A DNA stretch of 64,000 nt from Erysipelotrichaceae bacterium (GCA_003543215.1 DPJD01000001.1:326188-390187), one strand, 5' to 3'; positions 34,126-42,221 are shown, counted from the first letter of the stretch. The notes: generated by a model not told the origin, from the letters alone. Numbers and translations are program-made.

Positions 34126-34458
34126 TTATTTCTCCATTCGATCGATGATCTTGAGTTCATACAAATCATTCAAACTGACCAGACCTGCCGCATAGAAATG
34201 TTTGACCTTGATGATTTCTTCATCGGATACAAAGAAAATCTGATCACTTTTCAAGCAGTTGAAATAGTACTGATAATTCGCATCCGTATCCAAGTATTCA
34301 ATGGCTTCCGCACAAGCAAGCTGATTTTGCTCAATCAAATCATAGATTGCATAGTCGCCATAAATCGCTTTCGGCTCAAGTTTATCAAAACGTGCAAAAG
34401 GATCCGTTCGGTGACAGGATGCTAAGAAAAGAAGTGAAAGTAGAATTATTTTACGCAT
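34126..34458 (-). CDS. Small lipoprotein of unknown function
   Basis: MRKIILLSLLFLASC lipobox; stop abuts the pirin start. Confidence 0.5.
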   Translation of the reverse strand: MRKIILLSLLFLASCHRTDPFARFDKLEPKAIYGDYAIYDLIEQNQLACAEAIEYLDTDANYQYYFNCLKSDQIFFVSDEEIIKVKHFYAAGLVSLNDLYELKIIDRMEK

Positions 34459-34574
34459 GGCTCTTTTTGTCATTATAGCACTTATGCGATGAACGTGGAA
34501 AGGAAGAGGAAGCTTCTAGCTCAGGATTAGAGCTCATGTGCAACACAAAGCAGAGGAGTGTTATAATAAGTCTA

Positions 34575-35291
34575 ATGATCAAGAAACTCAGCATCTACAG
34601 CCTTTATTTCGCTCTGTGGCAAGGGATCGCCATGATGGTAAACAGACCCGTGATTCTTCCAAGCTTTGTGGATGTTTTTTTACGCATATTCAATCTCTTG
34701 CTTACCAGTGATTTTTATCTCCATGTGTCCATGACGCTTATCCGTGTCATCCAAGGTACAGCTTTAGCCTTTATTTTGGCTTTGATTGTGGCCCTCATGA
34801 CCCATGAATCCAAGCTCCTTAAAGATCTTCTAAGTCCACTTATCCTCATCACAAAAACCATCCCCAACATCACTTACATTCTCTTGGTTCTCATTTGGTT
34901 CGCTCGTGAATTATCAGTGATTGCGGTTAGTTTCTTAATCCTATTTCCCGTTCTCTACAGTCAATTCAAGACAGGCTTGGATCAGATCAATCCAGAATTG
35001 ATCGAACTCTTCAAACTTTATCCTGAAGGTTTGATACATAAGGTGAGTAAAGTCTTGGTTCCACTCATCAAACCTTATCTCTTTGCAGGCTTAAAGAATG
35101 GTCTTTCCTTAGGGTTCAAAGTCGGTGTCATGGCTGAGATTCTCGGCCAAGTTCAACCCGGTCTAGGCTATTTGATGCACATCGCACGCATGAATTTCGA
35201 AACGACCGATCTCTTCGCCTATACCGCCATTATGATTCTTGTGGTGGTGATCATTGAGAAGGGAATCGACCTCTTTTTAATCAAAAAATAG
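34575..35291 (+). CDS. ABC transporter permease (NitT/TauT/SsuC-type binding-protein-dependent family), orphan
   Basis: About 6 TM segments and EAA-like loop ...GLKNGLSLGFKVGVMAE... No ATPase or binding-protein gene adjacent. Confidence 0.65.
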   Translation: MIKKLSIYSLYFALWQGIAMMVNRPVILPSFVDVFLRIFNLLLTSDFYLHVSMTLIRVIQGTALAFILALIVALMTHESKLLKDLLSPLILITKTIPNITYILLVLIWFARELSVIAVSFLILFPVLYSQFKTGLDQINPELIELFKLYPEGLIHKVSKVLVPLIKPYLFAGLKNGLSLGFKVGVMAEILGQVQPGLGYLMHIARMNFETTDLFAYTAIMILVVVIIEKGIDLFLIKK

Positions 35292-35292
35292 C

Positions 35293-35315
35293 TTAAGTGC
35301 AAAAAAGTGGCAAAA
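35293..35315 (+). repeat. 23-bp direct repeat, copy 1
   Basis: TTAAGTGCAAAAAAGTGGCAAAA, 2 nt after the permease stop. Confidence 0.8.
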
Positions 35316-35440
35316 CCACAATTTTACACAAAGTTAAATATTCAAGTTTGTTGAAGATATGATGTGTTGATTAATTAACATGTATAAAAACATGCTTATA
35401 ATGTTTTTGTCGTGTATAATAATTTAAAGGAGCCTATAAT

Positions 35441-35686
35441 ATGCCAAATATAAAACCGATCTCTGATTTAAGAAACTATACTGAAGTTTTAAGTGAAGTA
35501 CATGAAGACAGTCCGGTATATCTAACGCGTAATGGACGAGGTGAGTATGTCATCATTAAACTTCAAGAATTGGACAAATTGAAAGCAAGAATCCAACTTT
35601 TAGAAAAACTTGCGGAAGGTGAAGCTTCTGTTCAAGATAAAGCTTGGATCAGTGTAGATGATGTCAATAAAATGCTTGGGTTGTAA
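35441..35686 (+). CDS. Phd/YefM family type II antitoxin
   Basis: IKPISDLRNYTEVLSEVHEDSPVYLTRNGRGEYVII is the canonical Phd/YefM N-terminus; RBS AAGGAG. Confidence 0.75.
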   Translation: MPNIKPISDLRNYTEVLSEVHEDSPVYLTRNGRGEYVIIKLQELDKLKARIQLLEKLAEGEASVQDKAWISVDDVNKMLGL

Positions 35687-35689
35687 AGC

Positions 35690-35991
35690 ATGTATATAAT
35701 TGATTTCTCGATATCAGCTTTAGAGGACTTAAGAAACATAAAATTTTATCTTGAAGAGAACTATGGAGAAAGTGTAGCTTTGGGGAAAATACGAGAAATA
35801 TCAATAAGAGTTCGTAGACTCGAACAATTCCCTTTAGCCGGGTTTCTTTATCGAACTTGGTGAAATCTAGTCTAAATTATCGGTATTTGGTTGTAGAAAA
35901 GAATTATGTCTTTTATCGAATCGATAATAATCGAATAAAAATTATTAGAATGCTAAATGAACGTCAGGACTTCATTAAGCTGTTATTCTAG
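35690..35991 (+). pseudogene. ParE/RelE family toxin, inactivated by a 1-nt frameshift near 35846-35852
   Basis: Frame A reads MYIIDFSISALEDLRNIKFYLEENYGE...RLEQFPLAG, then a stop at 35870. Frame B reads RVSLSNLVKSSLNYRYLVVEKNYVFYRIDNNRIKIIRMLNERQDF. Joined, they give a full ParE-like toxin. Confidence 0.7.
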
Positions 35992-36157
35992 TTTAGATAA
36001 GAGACTTTATCATCAATACGATATTTATGAATGTGTAAGTAAAAGGACATACCCTCAGTTATGCCCACTCGGGCATGCCCTCATTCTAGTGAATAATTAA
36101 TAATTGCTCTTCTTAGAGAAACGCTTAACCTATTAGTTTAAATTGATTAGAAATTGA

Positions 36158-36180
36158 TTAAGTGCAGAAAAGTGGCAAAA
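36158..36180 (+). repeat. 23-bp direct repeat, copy 2
   Basis: TTAAGTGCAGAAAAGTGGCAAAA matches copy 1 at 22/23. Confidence 0.8.
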
Positions 36181-36191
36181 ACATCAAAATA

Positions 36192-36211
36192 TAAGTGCAG
36201 AAAAGTGGCAA
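36192..36211 (+). repeat. Direct repeat, copy 3 (20 bp core) overlapping the -35 region of the next gene
   Basis: TAAGTGCAGAAAAGTGGCAA. Confidence 0.8.
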
Positions 36212-36213
36212 TA

Positions 36214-36222
36214 TGATATAAT
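36214..36222 (+). promoter_or_regulatory. Extended -10 promoter element TGATATAAT, 7 nt upstream of the ATG (leaderless transcript predicted)
   Basis: TG-n-TATAAT at 36214-36222; ATG at 36229; no Shine-Dalgarno between them. Confidence 0.5.
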
Positions 36223-36228
36223 AATGCC

Positions 36229-37536
36229 ATGAAACGTCACTTAAGCTCTGAACTCTTAAAATGGAAGCATCGTTCGAATCGTAGACCCTTGATTTTGCAA
36301 GGCGCTCGTCAGGTTGGCAAGACGTACTTGTTGAATGAATTTGGAAGAGAACATTATCAGAATGTCGCTTATTTCAATTTCGAGAGTCAATCGAGTCTAG
36401 TTGATATTTTTAAGTTTGATTTCAATCCTGAACGGATTATTAAAGCTTTATCTTTTAGTTCAAGAGTGAGCATCGTGCCAGAATCGACATTGATCATTTT
36501 TGATGAAGTACAAGCCTGTGAAGAAGCTTTAACAAGTTTGAAGTACTTCGCAGAAGATGCTCCTGATTATCATATAATCGCTTCAGGTAGTCTTTTGGGT
36601 ATCGCGGTTAATCGAAAAAAGTTTGCTTTTCCAGTGGGTAAAGTGGATTTAATGACATTGTATCCCTTAAGCTTTGAAGAGTTTCTTTGGGCTATGCAGG
36701 AATTTGAACTGATTGAGAGAATTCAAGCATCCTATAAAACTATGTCGGAAATGGCTGTACCTTATCATCAAATCGCTAATGAGAAGTTATTAGAGTATTG
36801 GGTGGTTGGAGGGATGCCGGCAGTTGTGAAAACATATCTAGAAACTCAAGATATGAATTTGGTTCGTAACGAACAGAACGTTATTTTGAACACATATCTT
36901 ATGGATATGTCCAAATACAGTTCACCGAGCGAAGTTCGTAAAACCAAAATGATCTATCAACAAATCAGTTCACAATTGACGAAAGCAAACAAGAAATTTA
37001 AGTACAGCTCATTAAAAACCGGTGGTCGACAACGAGAATTCGAAGGATCAATCGAATGGTTAACAAGTACAGGGATCATGAGTCAAGTGTTTAGAATTGA
37101 CCAAATCAAGCATCCGTTAAGTATTTATCAAAATGTGGAAAGCTTTAAGGCTTTTGCCTCTGATACAGGCCTATTATGCGCCATTGCTCAGGTGCATCCT
37201 GAATTGATTCTGTTTCAAGACCAGAGCATTTCAGACTTCAAGGGTGGTTTGGTTGAAAACTATGTAGCGAATCAATTCACAAATATGGCGATAAACCATT
37301 TCTATTGGACTTCAGAGGGTAGGGCTGAAGTTGATTTCATTATTGAGTATAAAAATAGGATCATTCCAGTCGAAGTGAAGTCATCTGAAAACGTTCGATC
37401 ACGAAGTCTATCCATATATAAAGAACGATTCGAACCAAACCAACTGATTCGATTATCGCTTCGTAATTTTGGCCTAGAAGGCAATTTGAAAAGCATCCCG
37501 CTTTATGCTGTATTTTGCCTAAAAAAGAGCGATTAA
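36229..37536 (+). CDS. AAA+ ATPase with DUF4143 C-terminal domain (COG1373)
   Basis: Walker A LQGARQVGKTYL, Walker B IIFDEVQ; 435 aa architecture typical of the family. Confidence 0.8.
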   Translation: MKRHLSSELLKWKHRSNRRPLILQGARQVGKTYLLNEFGREHYQNVAYFNFESQSSLVDIFKFDFNPERIIKALSFSSRVSIVPESTLIIFDEVQACEEALTSLKYFAEDAPDYHIIASGSLLGIAVNRKKFAFPVGKVDLMTLYPLSFEEFLWAMQEFELIERIQASYKTMSEMAVPYHQIANEKLLEYWVVGGMPAVVKTYLETQDMNLVRNEQNVILNTYLMDMSKYSSPSEVRKTKMIYQQISSQLTKANKKFKYSSLKTGGRQREFEGSIEWLTSTGIMSQVFRIDQIKHPLSIYQNVESFKAFASDTGLLCAIAQVHPELILFQDQSISDFKGGLVENYVANQFTNMAINHFYWTSEGRAEVDFIIEYKNRIIPVEVKSSENVRSRSLSIYKERFEPNQLIRLSLRNFGLEGNLKSIPLYAVFCLKKSD

Positions 37537-37542
37537 ACCATT

Positions 37543-37566
37543 AAAAAAGAACCGAAGTTCTTTCTT
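37543..37566. terminator. Bidirectional intrinsic terminator
   Basis: AAAAAAGAAC-cgaa-GTTCTTTCTT between convergent genes. Confidence 0.65.
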
Positions 37567-39277
37567 AATCATTGAGTTTAGAATTCACAAAATCCAAGAC
37601 TTCATCGATGTTCACCAGTTGAACATCTTTTTCATTGCGTAACTTGACTTCAACTTGTCCGTTCTCAATCGTTTTACCTACCGTGATTCGTACAGGTACA
37701 CCAATCAAGTCCATATCATTGAATTTAACCCCAGCACGCTCGTCTCGATCATCCAAGATGACATCGACTTTTGCTTTTTGAAGTTGTGTATAAAGACTGT
37801 TTGCTAAATCGTTCTGAGCTTCTACCTTGGTGTTGATCACAACGATCGCCACTTGGTAAGGCGCAACTTCCTTTGGCCATACGATGCCAAAATCATCATG
37901 GTGTTGTTCGACGATGGCAGCCATGCATCGACCAGGACCAATACCATAAGATCCCATAATGACCGGATTGAGTTGATTGTTTTTATCCAAGTAGTTTAAG
38001 CCCAAAGCTTTTGCATACTTGTCGCCAAGTTTGAAGATATTGCCGATTTCAATCCCTTTTGAGAATGTGATGCGTCCTTCGTTACACTTCGGACAGACAT
38101 CGCCTTCCTTGATATTGCGAATATCAGCGAAGGTGTGAACTTTGAAATCGGAGAGGTTGACGTTTTTGAGGTGATAGTCGGATTTGTTGGCCCCAACCAA
38201 GAAATTGGACATCGATTTGATGCGTAGATCGGCGATGACTTTGAGCGTTGTGTTCACAGGACCTGCGAATCCTACTTTGGCATTGGTCAAACGAACCACA
38301 TCATCATTCTCTGCCAAGACAACCGTTTGTGCATTGAAGAGCTTTTGGAGTTTGACTTCATTGATCTCATCATCACTACGAACCATGATCAGATAGAATT
38401 CATCATCGATCTTGTAGATCATGGATTTGGTCATCTTCTCGAGGGGAATGTTGTAGTTATCGACCAAGTCTTTGATTTTACCAACATTTGGGGTATAGAG
38501 TTCTTCCAGTGTCATTGGAACTTCAAGTTCCAATGGCACTTCTACACACTCCGCAACTTCCAAATTGGATGCATAATCACAGTGATCACACAAAACCAAA
38601 GTATCTTCACCGATATCGGTTACGGCTTGGAACTCTTCAGAGAGAAGACCCCCCATGACACCGGTATCCGCACGTACGACTTTATAATCCAAGCCCATAC
38701 GATCGAAGGAATTGCGATACGCTTTATCCATCTTGCGATAGGAGACTTCCAAACCATCCAAATCCGCATCAAAGGAATACGCATCCTTCATGATGAATTC
38801 ACGCACACGGATCAAACCGAAACGAGGACGCGGTTCATCTCTGAACTTGGTTTGAAATTGGTAGATATTGAAAGGGAGATCCTTATAGGACTTCACATTG
38901 CTTTGTGCTGCCATCAAGAATAATTCTTCATGGGTAGGACCTAAGACGAAAGGTTTACCAAAACGATCCTTTAAAGAAAACATACTGGAGCCGATCAAAG
39001 CACGACGTCCACTTTGCTCATAAATTTCTTCTGGAATCAAAGCAGGCATCAAGACTTCTTGTGCGCCACTGTTGTCCATTTCCTCACGGATGATCTTCTC
39101 GATCTTCTTAAGCACACGATAGCCTAAAGGAAGATACATATAGATACCGGAAGAATTCTTTTTGATCATCCCACTGCGAACAAGGAGATTGCCACTCAAG
39201 GAATCTTCATCTTTAACGTTCTCACGTAGGGTATAAAAATAGCTGTTTTTAAGTTTCATATCAGACCTCTGAATCAT
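37565..39277 (-). CDS. proS: Proline--tRNA ligase (bacterial type with INS editing domain)
   Basis: 570 aa. Class II motifs (FRDEPRPRFGLIRVREF, GSYGIGPGR). Insertion domain between motifs 2 and 3. Confidence 0.95.
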   Translation of the reverse strand: MIQRSDMKLKNSYFYTLRENVKDEDSLSGNLLVRSGMIKKNSSGIYMYLPLGYRVLKKIEKIIREEMDNSGAQEVLMPALIPEEIYEQSGRRALIGSSMFSLKDRFGKPFVLGPTHEELFLMAAQSNVKSYKDLPFNIYQFQTKFRDEPRPRFGLIRVREFIMKDAYSFDADLDGLEVSYRKMDKAYRNSFDRMGLDYKVVRADTGVMGGLLSEEFQAVTDIGEDTLVLCDHCDYASNLEVAECVEVPLELEVPMTLEELYTPNVGKIKDLVDNYNIPLEKMTKSMIYKIDDEFYLIMVRSDDEINEVKLQKLFNAQTVVLAENDDVVRLTNAKVGFAGPVNTTLKVIADLRIKSMSNFLVGANKSDYHLKNVNLSDFKVHTFADIRNIKEGDVCPKCNEGRITFSKGIEIGNIFKLGDKYAKALGLNYLDKNNQLNPVIMGSYGIGPGRCMAAIVEQHHDDFGIVWPKEVAPYQVAIVVINTKVEAQNDLANSLYTQLQKAKVDVILDDRDERAGVKFNDMDLIGVPVRITVGKTIENGQVEVKLRNEKDVQLVNIDEVLDFVNSKLND

Positions 39278-39453
39278 TTGGTATTATAGCATATTCACAA
39301 GACTGTGAAAGGGTGTATTGCTTGTTAGACAAAACGAAAATGACATGAAAATAGCATATTTTCATTGAATCGGACTGTTAATCCATTGTTTTTGGTGTAA
39401 AATGAGATTAAAGAATTGTTATCACAATAATGACAACAGAAAGAGGCACAAAC

Positions 39454-40263
39454 ATGTTTGAAGAGCTTATGCATGCATCCTTTGATGGGACCCTTTTACG
39501 TCTGCGAAAAGACAAGGTAGACAACCCAAAAGCTATCGTCGTCATCGCCCATGGCCTATGTGAACACTTGAACCGCTATGACTATGTCACAGAACAACTC
39601 AATGCGAATGGTTTCAGTGTGTATCGCTACGATCAACGTGGACATGGCAAGTCGGAAGGTGCGAAGGTATTCTTCAGTGACTATAAAGAAATGGCAGAGG
39701 ACTGCAACAGTGTGTTCAATTTGGCAGCGCTTGAGAATCCAAGCTCAAAGATTTTCATCTTAGGACACAGCATGGGAGGTGAAACCGTAAGTTTATTTGG
39801 AACACTCTTTCCAAAGCATGCGGATGGTTTCATCCTATCGGGTGCTTTGACTCGCTATAACAACCCTCTGATGGGCAAAGATTTCCCCATTCCAGCACCT
39901 GTTGATCAGTATGTAGAAAACGGTTTGAGTGATGGCGTCTGCAGCGATCCTGCGGTTGTGGAAGCGTATGTGAAGGATCCCTTGGTTGAGAAGAAGATCT
40001 CCATTGGTCTAATCAATGAAATCTATAAAGCTGTGCAGTTTCTAAAAGAACACCCACAGGACTTTGTGGATCCTGTGCTTATCTTGCATGGGGCAAATGA
40101 TGGTTTGGTTTCCTATAAAGATTCTTTGACTTTCTTTGATGAAATCGCATCCGAAGATAAAGGTCTTCAGATTTATCCAAAACTCTTTCATGAAATCTTG
40201 AACGAACCGACGAAAGACGAAGTCATCGCCGATATCGTGTTGTGGCTCAATAAACATCTATAG
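39454..40263 (+). CDS. Alpha/beta hydrolase (lysophospholipase / monoacylglycerol lipase-like)
   Basis: GHSMGG nucleophile elbow, HG oxyanion motif, C-terminal LFHEILNE His motif. Confidence 0.8.
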   Translation: MFEELMHASFDGTLLRLRKDKVDNPKAIVVIAHGLCEHLNRYDYVTEQLNANGFSVYRYDQRGHGKSEGAKVFFSDYKEMAEDCNSVFNLAALENPSSKIFILGHSMGGETVSLFGTLFPKHADGFILSGALTRYNNPLMGKDFPIPAPVDQYVENGLSDGVCSDPAVVEAYVKDPLVEKKISIGLINEIYKAVQFLKEHPQDFVDPVLILHGANDGLVSYKDSLTFFDEIASEDKGLQIYPKLFHEILNEPTKDEVIADIVLWLNKHL

Positions 40264-40523
40264 TTTTAAATAAAAATGGGAATAATGGATTATATCGACA
40301 AACTACACAACGCCAGCATCTAATCCATTAAAACAATACGCTTAGAACCTAATGTTTAAAAACCGAATTAAGCAGAGTCTTACTTAGGTATAAGGCGAAT
40401 ATCGTCTCACTCGTTCCACTTATGTTTAATGATAATGATATCAGTGGCTGTTGTATCTTCAGAAGTAGCTCATTTGCGTGGGTTGAAAGTACATTGAAAT
40501 TGAACTTTATCTCAAGTGATGAA

Positions 40524-40552
40524 TTGACTGATAAACCCGACTAGGGTATTAT
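40524..40552 (+). promoter_or_regulatory. Near-consensus sigma-A promoter driving the repeat RNA and toxin
   Basis: TTGACT (40524-29), exactly 17 nt, TATTAT (40547-52). Confidence 0.6.
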
Positions 40553-40565
40553 ACTAGTACAAGAA

Positions 40566-40665
40566 TTCAAATGGTTGTCGCTCCCTGATATGCGACTTAT
40601 AAATGGTCAGGTTCAAATGTCTGTCGCTTCTCGATATGCGACTCAAAAGAGATCGAGTTCTAATT
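40566..40665 (+). ncRNA. Putative type III antitoxin RNA (ToxI/CptI-like): 2 full 46-nt direct repeats plus the start of a third
   Basis: Repeat 1 is 40566-40611 and repeat 2 is 40612-40657. They match at 34/46 overall and 27/32 over the first 32 nt. Each starts TTCAAATG and carries a GTCGC-10nt-GCGAC hairpin. TTCTAAT at 40658 begins a third unit. Confidence 0.6.
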
Positions 40666-40668
40666 TTT

Positions 40669-40705
40669 AGGCTCTAGCCATCATAAGCTAGAGCCTTATC
40701 TTTAT
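40669..40705 (+). terminator. Intrinsic terminator between repeat RNA and toxin ORF
   Basis: AGGCTCTAGC-8 nt-GCTAGAGCCT (10-bp stem) followed by TATCTTTATT. Confidence 0.65.
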
Positions 40706-40715
40706 TGAGGGAAAC

Positions 40716-41207
40716 ATGGACATTGGTAAATTCTATTTTTTGAGTAATGCATATTTAGAAGCGTTTAATGATTTGTTTTTAATGAAAAATAGCGAAGAGA
40801 TAAACGGAGATGAGCATAATCGTCCTTGTTTCTTTGCATTTCAAGACTTCAATACACACCTTTATTGGGTGATTCCCATCTCTTCAAAAACAAAGAAATT
40901 CCAAAAGATTTATGATGATAAAGTAATGCGGAATGGTTATTGCGACACCATTGTTTTTGGCGAAGTACTTGGACATAGGAAAGTATTCTTAATTCAAAAC
41001 ATGTGCCCAATATTACCAATGTACTTTGAAAACGAATATCTAGATCCACTTTCACATCAACCCGTTCGATTGAATGGCGTTACAGAACGTGAGATCATCT
41101 CCAAAGCAAAGAAAGTTCTCGCTTTGCATAGAAAAGGAATAAAGCTAATTTTCCCAGATGTCCTCTCGATTGAGAAGCAAATACTTTATTCAGTTCGTTC
41201 CGATTAA
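40716..41207 (+). CDS. Type III toxin-antitoxin system toxin, ToxN/AbiQ/CptN-like endoribonuclease
   Basis: KFYFLSNAYLEAF, NRPCFFAF, YWVIPISSKTKKF and FLIQNMCPI fit the ToxN/AbiQ pattern (FY..s..Yi.yL, RPy.g, aPLSS.K, iN.nnMIPv). 163 aa, RBS GAGGG. Confidence 0.7.
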   Translation: MDIGKFYFLSNAYLEAFNDLFLMKNSEEINGDEHNRPCFFAFQDFNTHLYWVIPISSKTKKFQKIYDDKVMRNGYCDTIVFGEVLGHRKVFLIQNMCPILPMYFENEYLDPLSHQPVRLNGVTEREIISKAKKVLALHRKGIKLIFPDVLSIEKQILYSVRSD

Positions 41208-41290
41208 GAATCATTTGACAACAATAAGTTTTAATGATTAAATGAACAAGTTGATATCGGTATTTATCGATGAGCGTCATCGCACTGCGT

Positions 41291-41319
41291 TTGACACACA
41301 TAGATAACTATGCTATATT
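41291..41319 (+). promoter_or_regulatory. Strong sigma-A promoter of the infC-rpmI-rplT operon
   Basis: TTGACA (41291-96), 17 nt ending in TGc, TATATT (41314-19). Confidence 0.65.
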
Positions 41320-41325
41320 AAACAA

Positions 41326-41454
41326 GCAATAAACGTGGAAAGAAGAAGTTCCTGCTTCTCACCCGATGGCTTAAGTCATGGGTATCGTGCTACAAATGGT
41401 TATTTTCTATGAACCAAGTACATTTAGCGGGACCTTTGTGCCCGCTTTTATATT
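41326..41454 (+). promoter_or_regulatory. Ribosomal protein L20 leader (transcription attenuator) upstream of infC
   Basis: A leader of about 105 nt ends in the hairpin AGCGGG...CCCGCT plus TTTATATT (41426-41454), immediately before the infC RBS. The position matches the Firmicute L20 leader. The aptamer itself was not verified. Confidence 0.45.
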
Positions 41455-41470
41455 GTAAGGAGGTATATTT

Positions 41471-42004
41471 ATAACTAATAAGAAACCCAATAAGTCAGAC
41501 GAACTCGTAAATGAAAACATCCGTTTCAAAGAAGTGCTTGTCATTGGTCCCAATGGTGAACAACTGGGCGTAAAAATGCGCCGTGAAGCCTTGGAAATCG
41601 CCTATGAGTATGAAATGGATCTCTTCTGTGTGGCTCCTCAAGGAAACCCGCCTGTCTGCAAGATTCTTGATTACGGAAAGTACCGTTTTGAACTGCAGAA
41701 GAAGACAAAAGAAGCGAAGAAGAACCAACATGTTACTGAAGTTAAGCCACTTCGTCTCTCACCGGTCATTGATAAACATGATTTCGACACCAAGTTGAAA
41801 CATGCTCGTGAATGGTTGGAAGATGGAATGAAGGTTAAACTCGACATGCGTTTTAGAGGTCGTATGATGACAAGAATCGAAGTTGGTCAGAAGATCATGA
41901 ACGATTTCATTCAAGAAGTGTCCGACCTTGCGGCGGTTGACAAACCTGCCATTATGGAAGGTAGAACCCTAAGTTTGGTTCTCAATCCAAAGAAGACTAA
42001 GTAA
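41471..42004 (+). CDS. infC: Translation initiation factor IF-3, with non-canonical ATA start
   Basis: In-frame stop at 41456-58. AAGGAGG at 41457-63, then 7 nt to ATA at 41471. The product ...ELVNENIRFKEVLVIGPNGEQLGV is the conserved IF-3 N-terminus lying upstream of the first GTG/ATG. Confidence 0.85.
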   Translation: MTNKKPNKSDELVNENIRFKEVLVIGPNGEQLGVKMRREALEIAYEYEMDLFCVAPQGNPPVCKILDYGKYRFELQKKTKEAKKNQHVTEVKPLRLSPVIDKHDFDTKLKHAREWLEDGMKVKLDMRFRGRMMTRIEVGQKIMNDFIQEVSDLAAVDKPAIMEGRTLSLVLNPKKTK

Positions 42005-42016
42005 GAGGAGAGCATC

Positions 42017-42211
42017 ATGCCAAAAATGAAGACAAAAAAGGCTTTGGCAAAACGTGTCAAAGTAACGGGTAGTGGTAAACTGAAACGCTCACATGCGTAT
42101 GTATCCCACTTTGCGGCCAACAAATCGCATAAACAAAAAAGAAATTTACGCAAATCAACATTGGTTCACGGTACGGATTACAAACGTATCAAGTTGATGT
42201 TACAGAAGTAG
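42017..42211 (+). CDS. rpmI: 50S ribosomal protein L35
   Basis: [24 protein letters not shown]; 64 aa. Confidence 0.95.
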   Translation: MPKMKTKKALAKRVKVTGSGKLKRSHAYVSHFAANKSHKQKRNLRKSTLVHGTDYKRIKLMLQK

Positions 42212-42221
42212 GAGAATTGAA

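Noticed and set aside
40264-40523. The 260-bp non-coding stretch after the hydrolase gene, screened for a tRNA, a small ORF or a gene remnant.
   Set aside because: No cloverleaf-compatible arms or T-loop (GTTCGAATC-like) motif are present. It contains only a 15-codon ORF without an RBS and a 9-bp inverted repeat (AATGGATTA...TAATCCATT) with a 28-nt loop and no U-run. Nothing is supportable.
40566-40665. The 46-nt direct repeats as a mini CRISPR array.
   Set aside because: There are only about 2.2 units, they abut with no spacers, and no cas genes are nearby. The promoter/terminator/toxin context fits a type III antitoxin RNA instead.
41095-41301. 68-aa minus-strand ORF overlapping the 3' end of the ToxN-like gene and the infC promoter.
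   Set aside because: It is antisense to a motif-supported CDS, runs through a consensus promoter and has no RBS.
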